From Octopus vulgaris (taxonomy: Eukaryota): a stretch of DNA of 64,000 nt. Below the pieces are notes generated by a model. The model was not told the DNA's origin and made no database searches. It saw only the letters and a program-made list of their open reading frames with translations. This document shows positions 48,439 to 61,544 of this stretch, piece after piece (within the stretch, counting starts at the first letter, position 1; every line of letters begins with the position of its first letter). The DNA lies in assembly GCA_951406725.2 (NCBI GenBank), contig OX597830.1:62372001-62436000 (forward strand). The letters run 5' to 3'. A program made the position numbers and the translations under genes.

Positions 48439-49030
48439 TTATTTCTTTATTACCCACAAGGGGGCTAAACATAAAGGGGACAAACAAAGACAGACAAAGG
48501 GATTAAGTCGATTATATCGACCCCAGTGCGTAACTGGTACTTATTTAATCGACTCCGAAAGGATGAAAGACAAATTCGACCTCGGCGGAATTTGCACTCA
48601 GAACGTAACGGCAGACTAAATACCTCTTTCTTTACTACCCACAAGGGGCTAAACACAGAGAGGACAGACAAGGACAGACAAACGGATTAAGTCGATTACA
48701 TCGACCCCTGTGCGTAACTGGTACTTAATTTATCGACCCTGAAAGGATGAAAGACAAATTCGACCTCGGCGGAATTTGCACTCAGAACGTAACGGCAGAC
48801 TAAATACCTCTTTCTTTACTACCCACAAGGGGCTAAACAAGAGGACAAACAAGGACAGACAAACGGATTAAGTCGATTATATCGACCCCAGTGCGTAACT
48901 GGTACTTATTTAATCGACTCCGAAAGGATGAAAGACAAATTCGACCACGGCGGAATTTGAACTCAGAACGTTGCGGCAGACGAAAATATTGCAAAGCATT
49001 TCGCCCGGCGTTTCTGCCAGCTCACCGCCC
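48439..49030 (-). mobile_element. Tandem trimer of SINE B2
   Basis: Three ~185-220-bp units; identical junctions GGCAGACTAAATACCTCTTTCTTTACTACCC at ~48620 and ~48805. Confidence 0.9.
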
Positions 49031-49129
49031 TTGTGTAATAATTGATAATAACGAATTTGAGAAAATCAAATTGAGGGGGAAAAAAAGAAAAGAAAAGAAA
49101 CGTAAAAAGTAACCGAAATTTGACATTCT

Positions 49130-49800
49130 GCACCAGAAATTTAACTGACATGTCATTAACTGCAACTTGTTGCTGCAGTAGCAATGGTTATGTTACCAAT
49201 AATATGCACGTCAGTGTGTGCGTTTATTGCAGATTGTCTGTCACGCTACTACAACGCCCCATTCTCTCTCTCTCTCTTACACTGTTTGTGTTACTAGTTA
49301 CAAATTAGGTGAAAATATTGTGCAATGAATACATGTCAGTGAACTACAGCAAAAAAAAGATAGACATAGTGAAAGCTGTGCTACCGAAATAAAGACGTAG
49401 AGCGGGTTGAGGTAAGAGGAGATGGTGCTAAGAAGTGGGAGGTATACCTGACTACTGTCACGTCTCCGTCGTCACCATAACCACCCGGTTGTTGTTACCC
49501 ACCCAGATTTTCGTTAATGCCTATGCTGTAATCCTCTAATTAGTTTCGCTGAAATAACTGGTTTTTTACCCCCTTTTTCCCCCTTTCTTCTTTTCTTATT
49601 CAAACTAGATGTTCTTGTCACTTTGATATTTGTCGTTTTATAAAAAGGGGTTTATTTCTTTGTTATAATAACCGCCAACATTGAAGAGATTAAAGGGATA
49701 ACTAGATTTGTATTAGGTTAGTCGCAGTCAGCGTTTGTTTTCAATGGTTTAGCGGGAAATTTTGGCGGGAATATATCAGGGAGAAAAACGGTAACAAAAT
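49130..49800 (+). promoter_or_regulatory. Candidate promoter / non-coding first exon with tandem E2F-like sites
   Basis: Repeat-free, CpG-retaining unique sequence; donor-like GAG/GTAAGA at 49411/49412; TTTAGCGGGAAA and TTTTGGCGGGAA at 49748-49771. Confidence 0.4.
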
Positions 49801-51969
49801 AGGATCGTGTGTATATATGCTTGTGACTTTTACGTGTCTGGCTGCTATGAACACTAAATTTCGTGACACTAATCCCAGTATTAAACTGTTAGTAATTCAA
49901 AGATAATATATTACTTTATCGGTTCTATGGCGAGCGTATTATGTTTAAGTGATGGTGGTGGTGGCGAAGGCTGCTGCTGTTGTTGTTAAAGTAGTATCAC
50001 GCTTTATTGAATTGCTTAATACCTTCTCTTCACAGTGTGCCAAGTTCAAATCTCATGTGCTGCAGTCAAGTTAATTGACTGCAATCTTCCCGATTATGGA
50101 ACTGGGGAAGTAAAATGCAATCATTGACGTTTTGAATGCTGGTTTGTAGTGAATGCGACGGCGATGGTGTTGGTGGTGGTGATGTGATAATGGTAGTAGT
50201 GTGGTGTTGATGGTGGTGGTCGTGGTGGCGGTGATGTGCTGACAGTTGTGTGGTGATAGGATGGCAATGGTGGTGATTGTAATAATGATGATGATTAGGG
50301 TAGTCTTAGTCGTGGCAATAATGATGACGTCGACAGTGATGACAGCCGTCTTAAGGCATAGACATATTGAGTAGTTACCCAGGAGCCCAAGGGCCCAATT
50401 CTGGTGTGTGTGTGATGTAGCTTGCCTTCAATAACTAAATATAGGGCCTATTGCAATGATTTACCCGGGGGCTATAACACTACATAAACAGCCCTGGGTG
50501 GTGATGATGATGATGATGGTGGAGAGAAGAGGACATCTAATCGATTTGATGGTCGAGGGTCACATGACTATGCTATTTCTGAAGAGTTCTTTGATATGTC
50601 CAGTGTTGACCATTCGGGTTTCATAATCGAAACCATAGTGTTTATTTCATCTGCTGGTTTCAGTTATTGGACTGTGGTCATGCCTGGAAGGATTTAGTCG
50701 AACAAACTAACCCCAATACTTATTACTTTTGTAAAGGATAGTACTTATTCGATCGGGTTTCTTTTGCTGAATCGCTAAGTCACAAGGACGTAAAGAAACC
50801 AACACCGGTTGTCAAGCGTAGTTGGGGTGGGGGTAAACGCACACTCTCTATCTCTCTCTCACACACACACACAGTTGCCGTCTACCAAATCCACTCACAA
50901 GGCATTGATCGGTCTGGGGTTATAGTAGAAGAAATTTGCCCAAGGTGCCACACGGTAGGACTGGACCCTGTTCGGAATCATTAACTACGCAGTTAAGCTA
51001 ATTTTGGCAAGAGAGTTGATTACATCGACATCGGTGCTTAACTAATACTTTTATTTTGTTAACCCCCACGGAATGAAAGTTAAAACTGACCCTCTGCATG
51101 ATTTGAACTCAGAACGCAAAGAACCGGAAGAAATGCTGCCAAGCATTTTTGCCCAATGCGCTAATTATTTTGCCAGTTTGTAATATTAGTAAATAAGTTA
51201 CGTACCCCCTTAATTAAATAAATTTATCCTAAATAACGTTTCAGATAAGATTAGTGACCGTGCAGCAGTCCCTAAGCAGCTTAGAGCATGTTGCATACAT
51301 ATATCATTGATTGCCTTATAATTAAATTTATTTTCCAGCTTGTTAAACATCCGTTTCGAAATCTATTCCCCATTTTCTGCTCTATTTATATAAACTTAAT
51401 AAGGAAACTATCGTTTATAAAGTGGCCAATCGGCGAAGTCGTTGGAGCGTTGCATTTATATACAACGCCTTGCAGTGTTTGTTCCGGCTCGCTGCACTTT
51501 GAGCTAAAACCCCCTCCGAGGTCAACTGTGTCTTTCATCCTCTTCACTGGTTGATAAAAAACCATTCAAGCATTAGTGTAGATGCTTCCTTCTTTCTTTC
51601 GGTTTCTTGAAATCGGTTGCGTTGTGCCAATGGGCCGTTGAGAAGGGCCACATGTGAACCATTCACTGTGATTCTTTCTCAATTAATGAAGACGGCTTGC
51701 ACGACGGATCTTGCGACCTCTTCTCAACCATTGATGGTCCAGAACCTCTTATAATGGGCACTAATTTATGAGCAAGAACTTCGAATCCCTGCGGCCGCCC
51801 AGACTAGTTTACTCGACGGCCCTGTTTCACAGTATCTTGCTCGGTACTGCAATTAATAAACTGGTATCGTTTATACGAAAGTACAAATATCTGATTTAAA
51901 TATATAAGTTACTATATGTTTAATTTAAAGATAACCAAATGTTCTGGAAAATCGATATTGTACATCTAC

Positions 51970-52019
<50 letters not shown>

Positions 52020-52789
52020 GTTTATAAATATATATTTGAAGGGTTTGTAGTCGAACAAGTCAGCCCAGGTACTTATTTTAAGCTTGGTACTGATTCTATC
52101 GGTCTCGAAGACGTAAACAAACCAAAGCCGGTTGTCAAGTAGTGCTCACAAACACACACACACACGCACATATACGACAGGCTTCTTTCAGTTTCCGTCG
52201 ACCAAATCCACTCACAAGGCTTTGGTCAGCCCAGGGCTCCCACACACCGGGTGTGCGTATTCTTTATCTTCGCCGTAGAAGCCACTTGCCCAAGGTGTCA
52301 CGCCGTGAGACCGAACCCTGGAGCCATGTGATTGAAAATCAATCTTATCACACAGCCACGCCTGAAATACACACGCGCACACACACACACACTTATTCAA
52401 TAGTATATATTATAGTTATAAGTAATAAAATGGTATTTTTGTGTTTACATTAATGTGTTATTCTCATCGCATGTTATTCAAATAGCTACAATAAACCACT
52501 GACTTTAACAGGTATTTTCTCACCTGGAATGACTCATTCTGTGTTAACTACCGTGCGAATTCACTGATTCGTTGTCGCCAGTTATTAGGTGTCATAATTT
52601 CTATTCGGGTCTCTATTGTTCACGGTTACCCTTTAGCGATTGGGGTCATGGTTTGTTTAAACATGTTCAGATATTTCGGGCAGATACTCTTCTTCACTTG
52701 TATACATTTACTGCCGAAATTGTTGCTTGTGTGTACTTATGTATATATGTATGTTTCTAGGCACGCATGTCCCTCTCTCTCATATATAT

Positions 52790-53176
52790 TCTTTTACTCT
52801 TTTACTTGTTTGAGTCATTTGACTGTGGCCATACAGGAGCACCGTCTTTAGTCGAGCAAATCGACCCCGGGACTTATTCTTTGTAAGCCCAGTACTTATT
52901 CTATCGATCTCTTTTGCCGAACCGCTAAGTTACGGGGACGTAAACACACCAGCATCGGTTATCAAGCGATGTTGGGTTGACAAACACAGACACACACACA
53001 TACATATATATATACATATATACGACTGGCTTCTTTCAGTTTCCGTCTACCAAATCCACTCACAAGGCTTTGGTCGGCTCGAGGCTATAGTAGAAGACAC
53101 TTGCCCAAGGTGTCACGCAGTGGGACTGAACCCGGAACCATGTGGTTGGTAAGCAAGTTACTTACCACACAGCCAC
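52790..53176 (-). mobile_element. SINE family A (further diverged copies at ~50650-50970, ~52040-52345, ~53195-53455)
   Basis: Family motifs. Confidence 0.9.
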
Positions 53177-53527
53177 ATATATACATAACTTTTATTTTTT
53201 ACTTGTTTCAATGATTGGACTGCGGCCATGCTGGGGTTCTGCCTTGAAAGAGTCAAATAAATCGACCTGTCATTCTATCGGGACAAACACACATGCAGAC
53301 GAGCTTCTTTCAGTTTCCGTTTATCAGATCCACTTACAAGGCATTGATCGGTCCGGGAGGCAAGAGGCTATAGTAGAAGACATTTGCCTAAGGTGCCACG
53401 CAGAGCGACTTGACCCGAAATTATGTGATTGGGAAGTAAGCTTCTTACACACACACACACATCTTTGTGAGTGTAATGAAATAATGTTTATATTAGACGG
53501 AAAAAATGACCGACGACAGAAAGGTAT

Positions 53528-53956
53528 TCTGGCAGAAACGTTAGCACGCCGGGCGAAATGCGTAGCCGTATTTCGTCCGCCGTTACGTTCTGAGTTCAAA
53601 TTCCGCCGAGGTCGACTTTAGCTTTCATCCTTTCGGGGTCGACAAATTAAGTACCAGTTACACACTGGGGTCGATGTAATCGACTTAATCCCTTTGTCTG
53701 TCCCTTCTATGTTTAGCCCCTTGTGGGCAGTAAAGAAATAAGAAACGTTAGCACGCTGGGTGAAATGTTTAGCAGTATTTCGCCCGTCGCTACGTTGTGA
53801 GTTCAAATTCCGCCGAGGTCGACTTTGCCTTTCATCCTTTCGGGGTCGATAAATTAAGTACCAGTTACGCACTGGGGTCGATGTAATCGGCTTAATACCT
53901 ATGTCTGTCCTTGTTTGTCCCTTCTATGTGTAGCCCCTTGTGGGCAGTAAAGAAAT
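53528..53956 (+). mobile_element. Tandem dimer of SINE B2 within one TSD
   Basis: AGGTATTCTG at 53522-53531 and 53957-53966; internal junction AAAGAAATAAGAAACGTTAGC. Confidence 0.88.
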
Positions 53957-54931
53957 AGGTATTCTGAAATGTGTCTATGTAAGAGTGTGTTTATGTGGTG
54001 TCCTGTACGTGTTTCTATCTGTAATTGTGTGCATGTGTGGGTGTTTAAAAAAGATTAGGGGGAAGATCCTTTGGTATGTACGTAATTCCTGTGCCCCCCC
54101 CCCCCCCGAAAGCCTTAGAGTAGAAAATAAATGCCATAGGAGATCAGGTTTTATGTATGTGTGGTTGTATACGTGTTGGTAGTTGTATGGCTGTGTGTGT
54201 GTGTGTGGTTGTATAGTTTGTGCGTTGTATATGCATGTGTATTTCTATATGTATGCGTAGTTGCATGTGGTTGTGTATGTGTGAATATGGTTGCAAGGCT
54301 ATGTGTGTGTGTGTGTAGTTGGGGACAAGGAGGTTTTATAATACAATAGAAGTGACGTTAATCTTAGGAGTCGTAGTAGTAGTGGTGGTGGTGGTGGTAT
54401 CAGCAGAGGCAACAGCAGCCGCAGTAGTAGCAGTGGTTCCTGTGGAATGTTTGTGTTCCCTCTTAAGTATGTCACCCTAATTCCTCTCCCCCTCCTCCTA
54501 TACAAATATTAATATTATTATTATTATTATTATTACCCTGTGGCCAGTGTCGCTGCCGCCGCCGCCTCCACCAACACCCTTAGCTTTCCAACTGGAATGT
54601 TCTAAGGGCAATAATATCAAGCAGTGTACAAGTGAAAGGGGGAAAATGTGTGTGTGTGTGTGTGTATATGTGTGTCACTATGGTTATGTGTCACTGTGTG
54701 TGTGGACGGCGGTGCCCTGCCATTCTTTTGCACCGAGAGGAATTCGTTCCCATTTATTTAACAAATTCCTTTCTCCAACCATTTTCTTACTCCCTACACC
54801 ATTCTCTCTCTCCTTTTATTTCCCCACTTTTCTATCTTCTCACTCTCGTGCTCTCTTTTTCTCTCCTTATCTCTATCTCTCCCTACATTTATCCATCCAC
54901 CCATCTATCTATCTATCTATCTATCTATCTC

Positions 54932-55009
<78 letters not shown>

Positions 55010-55260
55010 CATCTCTATCTATCCATCTCTCTATCCATCCATCTATCTATTTATCTTCTATGCTTTCTCTTTCTGTCCCTTTTCTTTCATCTTCCTCTTC
55101 TTCCTCGCTCCTTTACTCCCTCTTTCTCCCTTTCTTCTCACCACCTCTTCCTTCACTCGTCTCTCTCTCTCTCTCTCTCTTCTCTGGCTACCATTGGATT
55201 TAGAAAGAAAATACTGGAGCTGAATATATAACGAGGAAATTCTTTCAACATCTGCCTGCA

Positions 55261-55353
<93 letters not shown>

Positions 55354-55987
55354 CGCACGCGCAAATGAGAGAGAAGAATATATTTTTCCTTGAAAATCTG
55401 TTCATTCATTGAAAATTGAGACTTCACTCGTCCACTGCTATAACTACTGCCCTGTTAAGGGTTTGTGTTTTACGCGTTTGGAGTAAGTGACGCTGGGGCC
55501 GTACGTCTCACTTTTGAAATGAATAGGATGTGTATATATATATATGCTTAGAGTGTTATCCGGCATACGACGGGTAATTCCTTTAGTATATGTTTGCCAG
55601 CATGAGTTTAACATGGCATACATGTAACTAATTAAAATCTTTTATCAAATTTCTTGGCGCTTATTGTTCAAAAATGATAAAATAAATAATAATTTTGAAA
55701 GAAAAATATTACCTTAGAATGAATTTAAACAAATTTCTCATTCATATAACAGGCCTATTTCCTTGTCACCGTTCTCCTCCCTTCCTCCTCCTCCTCATCA
55801 TCATCATCATCATCGTCATCTCCTCCCTTCCACCTCCTCCTCCTCATCATCATCATCCTCATCCGTCTCAATGATTCTTTCTCACTCAGTGTGTGTAGTG
55901 TTCTTTTACTCATTGCCTGCCATCAAACTTAGTATGTGCACCGCTTATGTTAACTCTTCGTGTCTCACTTTCTCTCTCTCTCTCTTA

Positions 55988-56020
<33 letters not shown>

Positions 56021-56022
<2 letters not shown>

Positions 56023-56394
56023 CGTAGAAGTGGCTGTGTGGTAAGTAGCTTGCTTACCGAACACATGGTTCCGGCTTCAGTCCCACTGCGTGGCACCTTG
56101 GGCAAGTGTCTTCTATAGCCTCGGGTCGACCAAAGCCTTGAGAGTGGATTTGGTAGACGGAAACTGAAAGAAGCCAGTCGTATATATGTATATATATATG
56201 TGTGTGTCTGTGTTTGTCCCCCAAGCATTGCTTGACAACCGATGCTGGTGTGTTTACGTGCCCATAACTTAGCGGTTCGGCAAAAGAGACCGATAGAATA
56301 AGTACTAGGCTTACAATAAGTCCTGGGGTCGATTTGTTTGACTAAAGGCGGTGCTCCAGCATGGCCGCAGTCAAAATGACTGAAGAGTAAAAGA

Positions 56395-56396
<2 letters not shown>
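56021..56396 (+). mobile_element. SINE family A
   Basis: Full length. Confidence 0.9.
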
Positions 56397-56439
<43 letters not shown>

Positions 56440-56727
56440 ATAAAAGCATGGCTGAAGAAATGAAGCAACCAGCCAACATTTTTTTACTGGTTATTACACA
56501 CGCTTACAGACATATAGATAGATATACATAGAATACGTACGTGTGTGTGTGTGTGTATTTGATCAGTATTTAATGTCTGTGGCCACAATCTGGAATAGTG
56601 ATTAGTCACTGCAGCAGAAACGCGTATAGGTCATTATAATATGATGTATAAGATAATAAGATAAATTTTGTCGCTGTACAAATCTCCATACACTTTATAA
56701 TTAATAATACTAATTATATATATATTA

Positions 56728-56875
56728 TTGTGTCTGGGGAGAGTCCTTCCCTTTTAGTGCCTTAACACACACACTGGTAAAATTTCCACTCATTTACTTA
56801 TTTATGTGGAAACTTTACTGGTGAGTGTGTTAAATTATAAGGCCCTAAAAGAGAATGACTCCCCCCCAGACACAA
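56728..56875. repeat. Fold-back palindromic element (~60-bp arms), MITE-like
   Basis: TTGTGTCTGGGGAGAGTC...AAATTTCCAC is the reverse complement of GTGGAAAC...GACTCCCCCCCAGACACAA. Confidence 0.8.
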
Positions 56876-56953
56876 CAAAATATGCTTCAACACACAAACT
56901 CACGTAAAGAATCTTGCAAACCAAATCCAAAAACAAAGTGTGTATATATATAT

Positions 56954-57110
56954 ATAACGGGAAGGTTTACGAAAATAAACAAAAGACGAAGGCAGGTGGA
57001 GTACAATTGTATTAGTATGGCACTCAGGAATAGAAATAAAACAAGTCTTTTACGTTTCGAGCCTACGCTCTTCGACAGAAAGATACACAGAAAAGAAACA
57101 AGGAGAGAAA
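56954..57110 (-). mobile_element. Family E element with hammerhead-like motif
   Basis: GTCTTTTACGTTTCGAGCCTACGCTCTTCGACAGAAAGA on the plus strand; adjacent (TA)n. Confidence 0.72.
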
Positions 57111-57149
57111 CACATATACACACATAAATTGCATATAGATAGGTAAATA

Positions 57150-57972
57150 TCACTTAATGCCCATTTTCCATGTTGGCATGGGCTGAATGGTCTGACAAAG
57201 TCAATGAGCTACAGGATACATCAAGCCCCACCGTCTGCTTTGCTGTGGTTTCAACAGCTGGATGCCCTTCCTAACACCAACCACTTAACAGAGTGCACTG
57301 GGTGTTGTTTTATGTGGCCCCAACATTAGTAACTCACAAGATACCTCAACTGAGGCAAGTGTTGTATTGTGGGAGGTGGTTTTATATCATGTGATGAGAG
57401 GAACAAAAGCTGGTGTGTTGCAGTGGAGGAGATGGTGGCAAAGAGGGGTCAGGAAATACCATTTGTGGATGCTCAGGCCGCCCCGACTGGCTTCCGTGCC
57501 GGTGGCACGTAAAAAGCACCATACGATCGTGGCCGTTTGCCAGCCTCGTCTGGCACGTAAAAAGCACCCACTACACTCATGGAGTGGTTGGCATTAGGAA
57601 GGGCATCCAGCCGTAGAAACATTGCCAGATCAGACTGGGCCTAGTGCAGCCTTCTGGCTTCCCAGACCCCAGTTGAACCGTCCAACCCATGCCAGCATGG
57701 AAAGCGGATGCTAAACGATGATGATGATGGAACTGGATGGGTGAATATCAGTGGACCAGAGAAATGAGCTGTGTGAAAGAGAAGGTGAGAGGCAAGTGGC
57801 AGATGGATTGAGAGGCAGATAGAGGGAACCACAGGGAACGGTAGGTACAAATAGTGGAAGGCTTTTAATGCCCTTCATGGATGGTTTGACAGAATCCAAC
57901 CAACCGGAGGATTGCATTGAACTCCAATATCAGTTTTAGCATGGTTTCGATGATTGGATGCCCTTCCTAATA
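57150..57972. mobile_element. Cluster of three copies (-,+,-) of retroposon family G with (GAT)n tail
   Basis: GGTTGGCATTAGGAAGGGCATCCAGCCGTAGAAAC...CCCATGCCAGCATGGAAAG...(GAT)n at 57480-57730; reverse copies at ~57150-57320 and ~57855-57972; 3' stub at ~45180. Confidence 0.75.
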
Positions 57973-58516
57973 AATACAATGGGCTTCTTTCAGTTTCCAT
58001 CTACCATATCTACTCACAAGGCTTTCATTTGCCTGGAGGTATAGTAGAAAAAATACTTGTCTATGGTACCACAGAGTGGAACTGAACCTGAAACATTGTG
58101 GTTGCAAAACAAACTTCTTAACCACACAGCCATGGCTGCATCTAGTTTATTCTATTTTATTTTTAGTAATTTATTTTGTTATTGTAGCAATTTATTTCTT
58201 TAAAGCGTAAAATTATCAACAATTAAATAAATGTTATATTTCCATTCTGTGGCGGTCGATTGAACCTGAGAGTATCGATTGGTATTTAAGAACCATAATC
58301 ATTCCAGTTTAACTTGGTACTTTGGAGAGAAAGAGAGAAAGAGAAAGCATCCCTCTCACACTCTCTCTCTCTCTCTCTCTTACCTTCTGTCTCTCTCTCT
58401 CCCTCCCTCTTCCTCTCTATCCATCGATCTTTCTCTCTCTCTCTCTCGACCTTGTAACTTGATGAGCTACTCAGTAATTTCGAAATACAAACCACAAAGC
58501 AAAGGTGAATCGAAAA

Positions 58517-58551
<35 letters not shown>

Positions 58552-58812
58552 AAAACTGCAACAATGCTGCTACTCTCCCTCTCGCCTCCTCCACACATCA
58601 CTTTTCAGCCTCGTTTGATTGTTACATGACTCTCCTGATTTTTGGTTATTGATTTTTTTTTTTGTTGTATGTGTGTGTGTGTCTGTGTGTATTTAAGGCC
58701 TTACCTCTGTGTGTGTGTGTGTGTGTGTGTGTGTAAGTGTGCCTGTCTGTCTCATATTTTTAAGAGCATGTGTAGAAAGTTCATTTGGGTGTGTATATAA
58801 ACTTGTTTGGCA

Positions 58813-58847
<35 letters not shown>

Positions 58848-58886
58848 GGGAATGTAATTAAATGTTCTGTGTGTATAACTTGTGTT

Positions 58887-58930
<44 letters not shown>

Positions 58931-59283
58931 TTCCTCACTTTTTTTCACATGTGTAAGGACATGTTATGTGTGTGTATATGTTTGAGTGTGTGTATATATG
59001 TGCGTGTTTTAAGCGTGTGCATCTAAAAGTGTGTGTGCGTTCTTTTTAAATGCATACCCCTTTGTGTGTGTTTGCGATTGTACAGGTGCACCCACATGCA
59101 CTTGATGTTGCGAAAGATGCAGTTTGTCAGAAACAAAGAACCAGTTAATTTAAGTGTAATTAACCATACAATTAATCGATACTATTTTGATTCTTTTAAC
59201 AAAAGAACAACAGCAGCAGCAGCAGGAATAATGATAATGATAATGATGACGATGATGATGATGATAATAATAATAAAGATATG

Positions 59284-59715
59284 TTTCTTTATTACCCACA
59301 AGGGGCTAAACATAGAAGGGACAAACAAGGACAGACGAATGAATTAAGTCGATTACATCGACCCCAGTGCATAACTGGTACTTAATTTATCGACCCTGAA
59401 AGGATGAAAGGCAAAGTCAACCTCAGAATTTGAACTCAGAACGTAACGGCAGACGAAATACGGCTACGCATTTCACCTGGCGTGCTAATGGTTCTGCCTG
59501 CTCACTGATGATGATAAGGTTGGCACAAAACCAGCAATTTTGTGGGAGTGAGGAAGCTGAATACATCAACTCCTGTACTTGACTGGGACTTTGTGGTTTT
59601 TTGTTTTATTGACCCCCAGAGGATTTGGCCTCCACAGGATTTGAACTCAGAGCTTAAAGGAATACCATTAACTATTTTGTTCTCGATGCTAACAATTCTG
59701 CCAGTTTGCCATCTT
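59284..59715 (-). mobile_element. SINE B2 plus a degenerate B1
   Basis: Family motifs; another degenerate B1 at ~60800-60995. Confidence 0.82.
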
Positions 59716-60055
59716 AATAATGATAATAATCATTTCTACTATAGGTCTTCTGCCTATACTTATAGGCCTTTACCATTCAGATTACCTAATCAAGCATTAT
59801 CTCATAGCTTTGAGATTTTGATGATGTGATCACTTATTTTCAGAATGACATTGTAGCGTAGGTGTAAGAGACCAGATCTGACTGGTTTGATCCTAGAACA
59901 GGAAGAATATTATGGCTGGTTCAAATACTAAACGGTTAAAACTATGTTTAGAAATACTATTCTGATGATTATTTTTCTTAAGTTCTAATGTCCATCTTTC
60001 CGTCATAATTAAATGAAACCAAATCTTCTGATGGTTTTTCTCTTAATCCCACCCC

Positions 60056-60478
60056 GCTCACCTTTCTTGCACCATAAATATTGTTAGCCATTTTTAAAAA
60101 CCATATTCATGTTGAAACATTGATTTTGTTGCAATCAGTTTTAAAAATAATGAAGAATTTATTCATTATTAAACTATTCTTTGGATCATAAATTAATGAG
60201 AGATTTTGATGCAGCTTTTTAATTTAGATAACTTTAACCCTGTTGTTATCATATCCCTGGCAAAATACACTGCCTTTATTTCAATTAACTCTTGAAAATA
60301 ACGAAGAAATAAGTTATGTAATATTGTCATTATTAAGCTGTTGCCTGGAATATAAATTAACAAGAAATTTTGATGGAACGTTTTAATTTAGATAACTTTA
60401 AAGCAGGAAGTTTGTACCACAGAACTTGGGGTGGCCTTGGGTGGTTTGATATCAAAAGGGATAGATATAAGGGTTAAA
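60056..60478. mobile_element. piggyBac-like MITE with partial tandem duplication
   Basis: TTAACCCTGTTGTT at ~60234 and GGGTTAA at ~60471; TTTTAATTTAGATAACTTTAA occurs twice. Confidence 0.6.
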
Positions 60479-61314
60479 TATTTAATAATAATTTAATGAT
60501 ATTATTATTAAAATAGCTATCTCTGTATCATTTTAAAGATTTAAAATACAGTAAGTCCATCAGAGATGTTATCTCAGGCCAGTTACTGCAGTATCTGTCC
60601 TATCAACTCTGTGTATACATTTAGTATGATATATAGATGGCTTATTTTAATCTAATAGTGCTTCAGTTGCATAGACTTGATTATTATTAAATATGATTTA
60701 ATGATAATATCTTTGAATTAATAATTAACAATAAATAATTAAACAATAACTTGTTTAACACTTATTTTGTTAAACATAAATAATTTGGTAATATTTATAT
60801 TGGTTTCAAATGTTGGTGCAAAGCCAGCAGTTTTGGGGGAGGGGTGGGGGAGAATCAGTTATATCGGCTCTTAGTACTCAACTAGTATTTATCTTATCAA
60901 CCCCAAAAGAATGAAAGGCAAAGTCAACCTCAGCAGAATATGAACTCAGAATGTAAAGACGGACAAAATGCTAACATTTCTACCAGCCTGCTACCTTACT
61001 TTAGCAATATTTGTTGTTAAATATAAGGTCAGTAAGTTGTTAAACATGGAGTGTACTGTTAGATGTTTGGTGAATAAAATGTTAAACATGTATACTGCTG
61101 AGAAGCATAGAGTGGATAAAGTGAATTATGCATGTAACATACTGATGTTATGTATATGGTGGGTATAATAAGAAACCTGTAGTGTATTGCAGTTAGATAT
61201 ATGCTGAATGTAGTGAATCAAACATGTTCTTAGGGTGGTTAGATATATTGTGAGTGTAGTGTTTAACAAATAGTGTATTATTTGATACATGGTGAATTAA
61301 ACATATAGCATACT

Positions 61315-61428
61315 ACAGTTCTATATTCTGATGAAGGCTGGAGGGTATATCAGCCGAAACGTTGTGTTAACAACAAATAAGATGAGGACAAATATCCGTC
61401 AATTGTAAATAATGTAAATAATGTATAT
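61315..61428 (+). mobile_element. Penelope-like terminal fragment with canonical hammerhead core
   Basis: CTGATGA (61328-34), A, GGCTG, 10-nt loop, CAGCC, GAAA, CGTT (to 61363); tail GTAAATAATGTAAATAATGTA. Confidence 0.65.
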
Positions 61429-61544
61429 AACATGCTATTGTTAACATATATGTTGAATGCAGTGAATTAAACATGTAGCATAGTGTTGTTGTTAGATGAA
61501 TGGTGAATATAATGTACTAACCATTTGTTGTTGTTTATTTTCAG

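Noticed and set aside
48439-49030. Regular repeats resembling a CRISPR array
   Set aside because: Units are whole ~190-bp SINE copies with no unique spacers; eukaryotic context and no cas genes.
50343-50496. Possible hAT-type MITE (CAGCCGTCTTAA...AAACAGCCCTG)
   Set aside because: Ends too decayed, no TSD and no second copy in the window.
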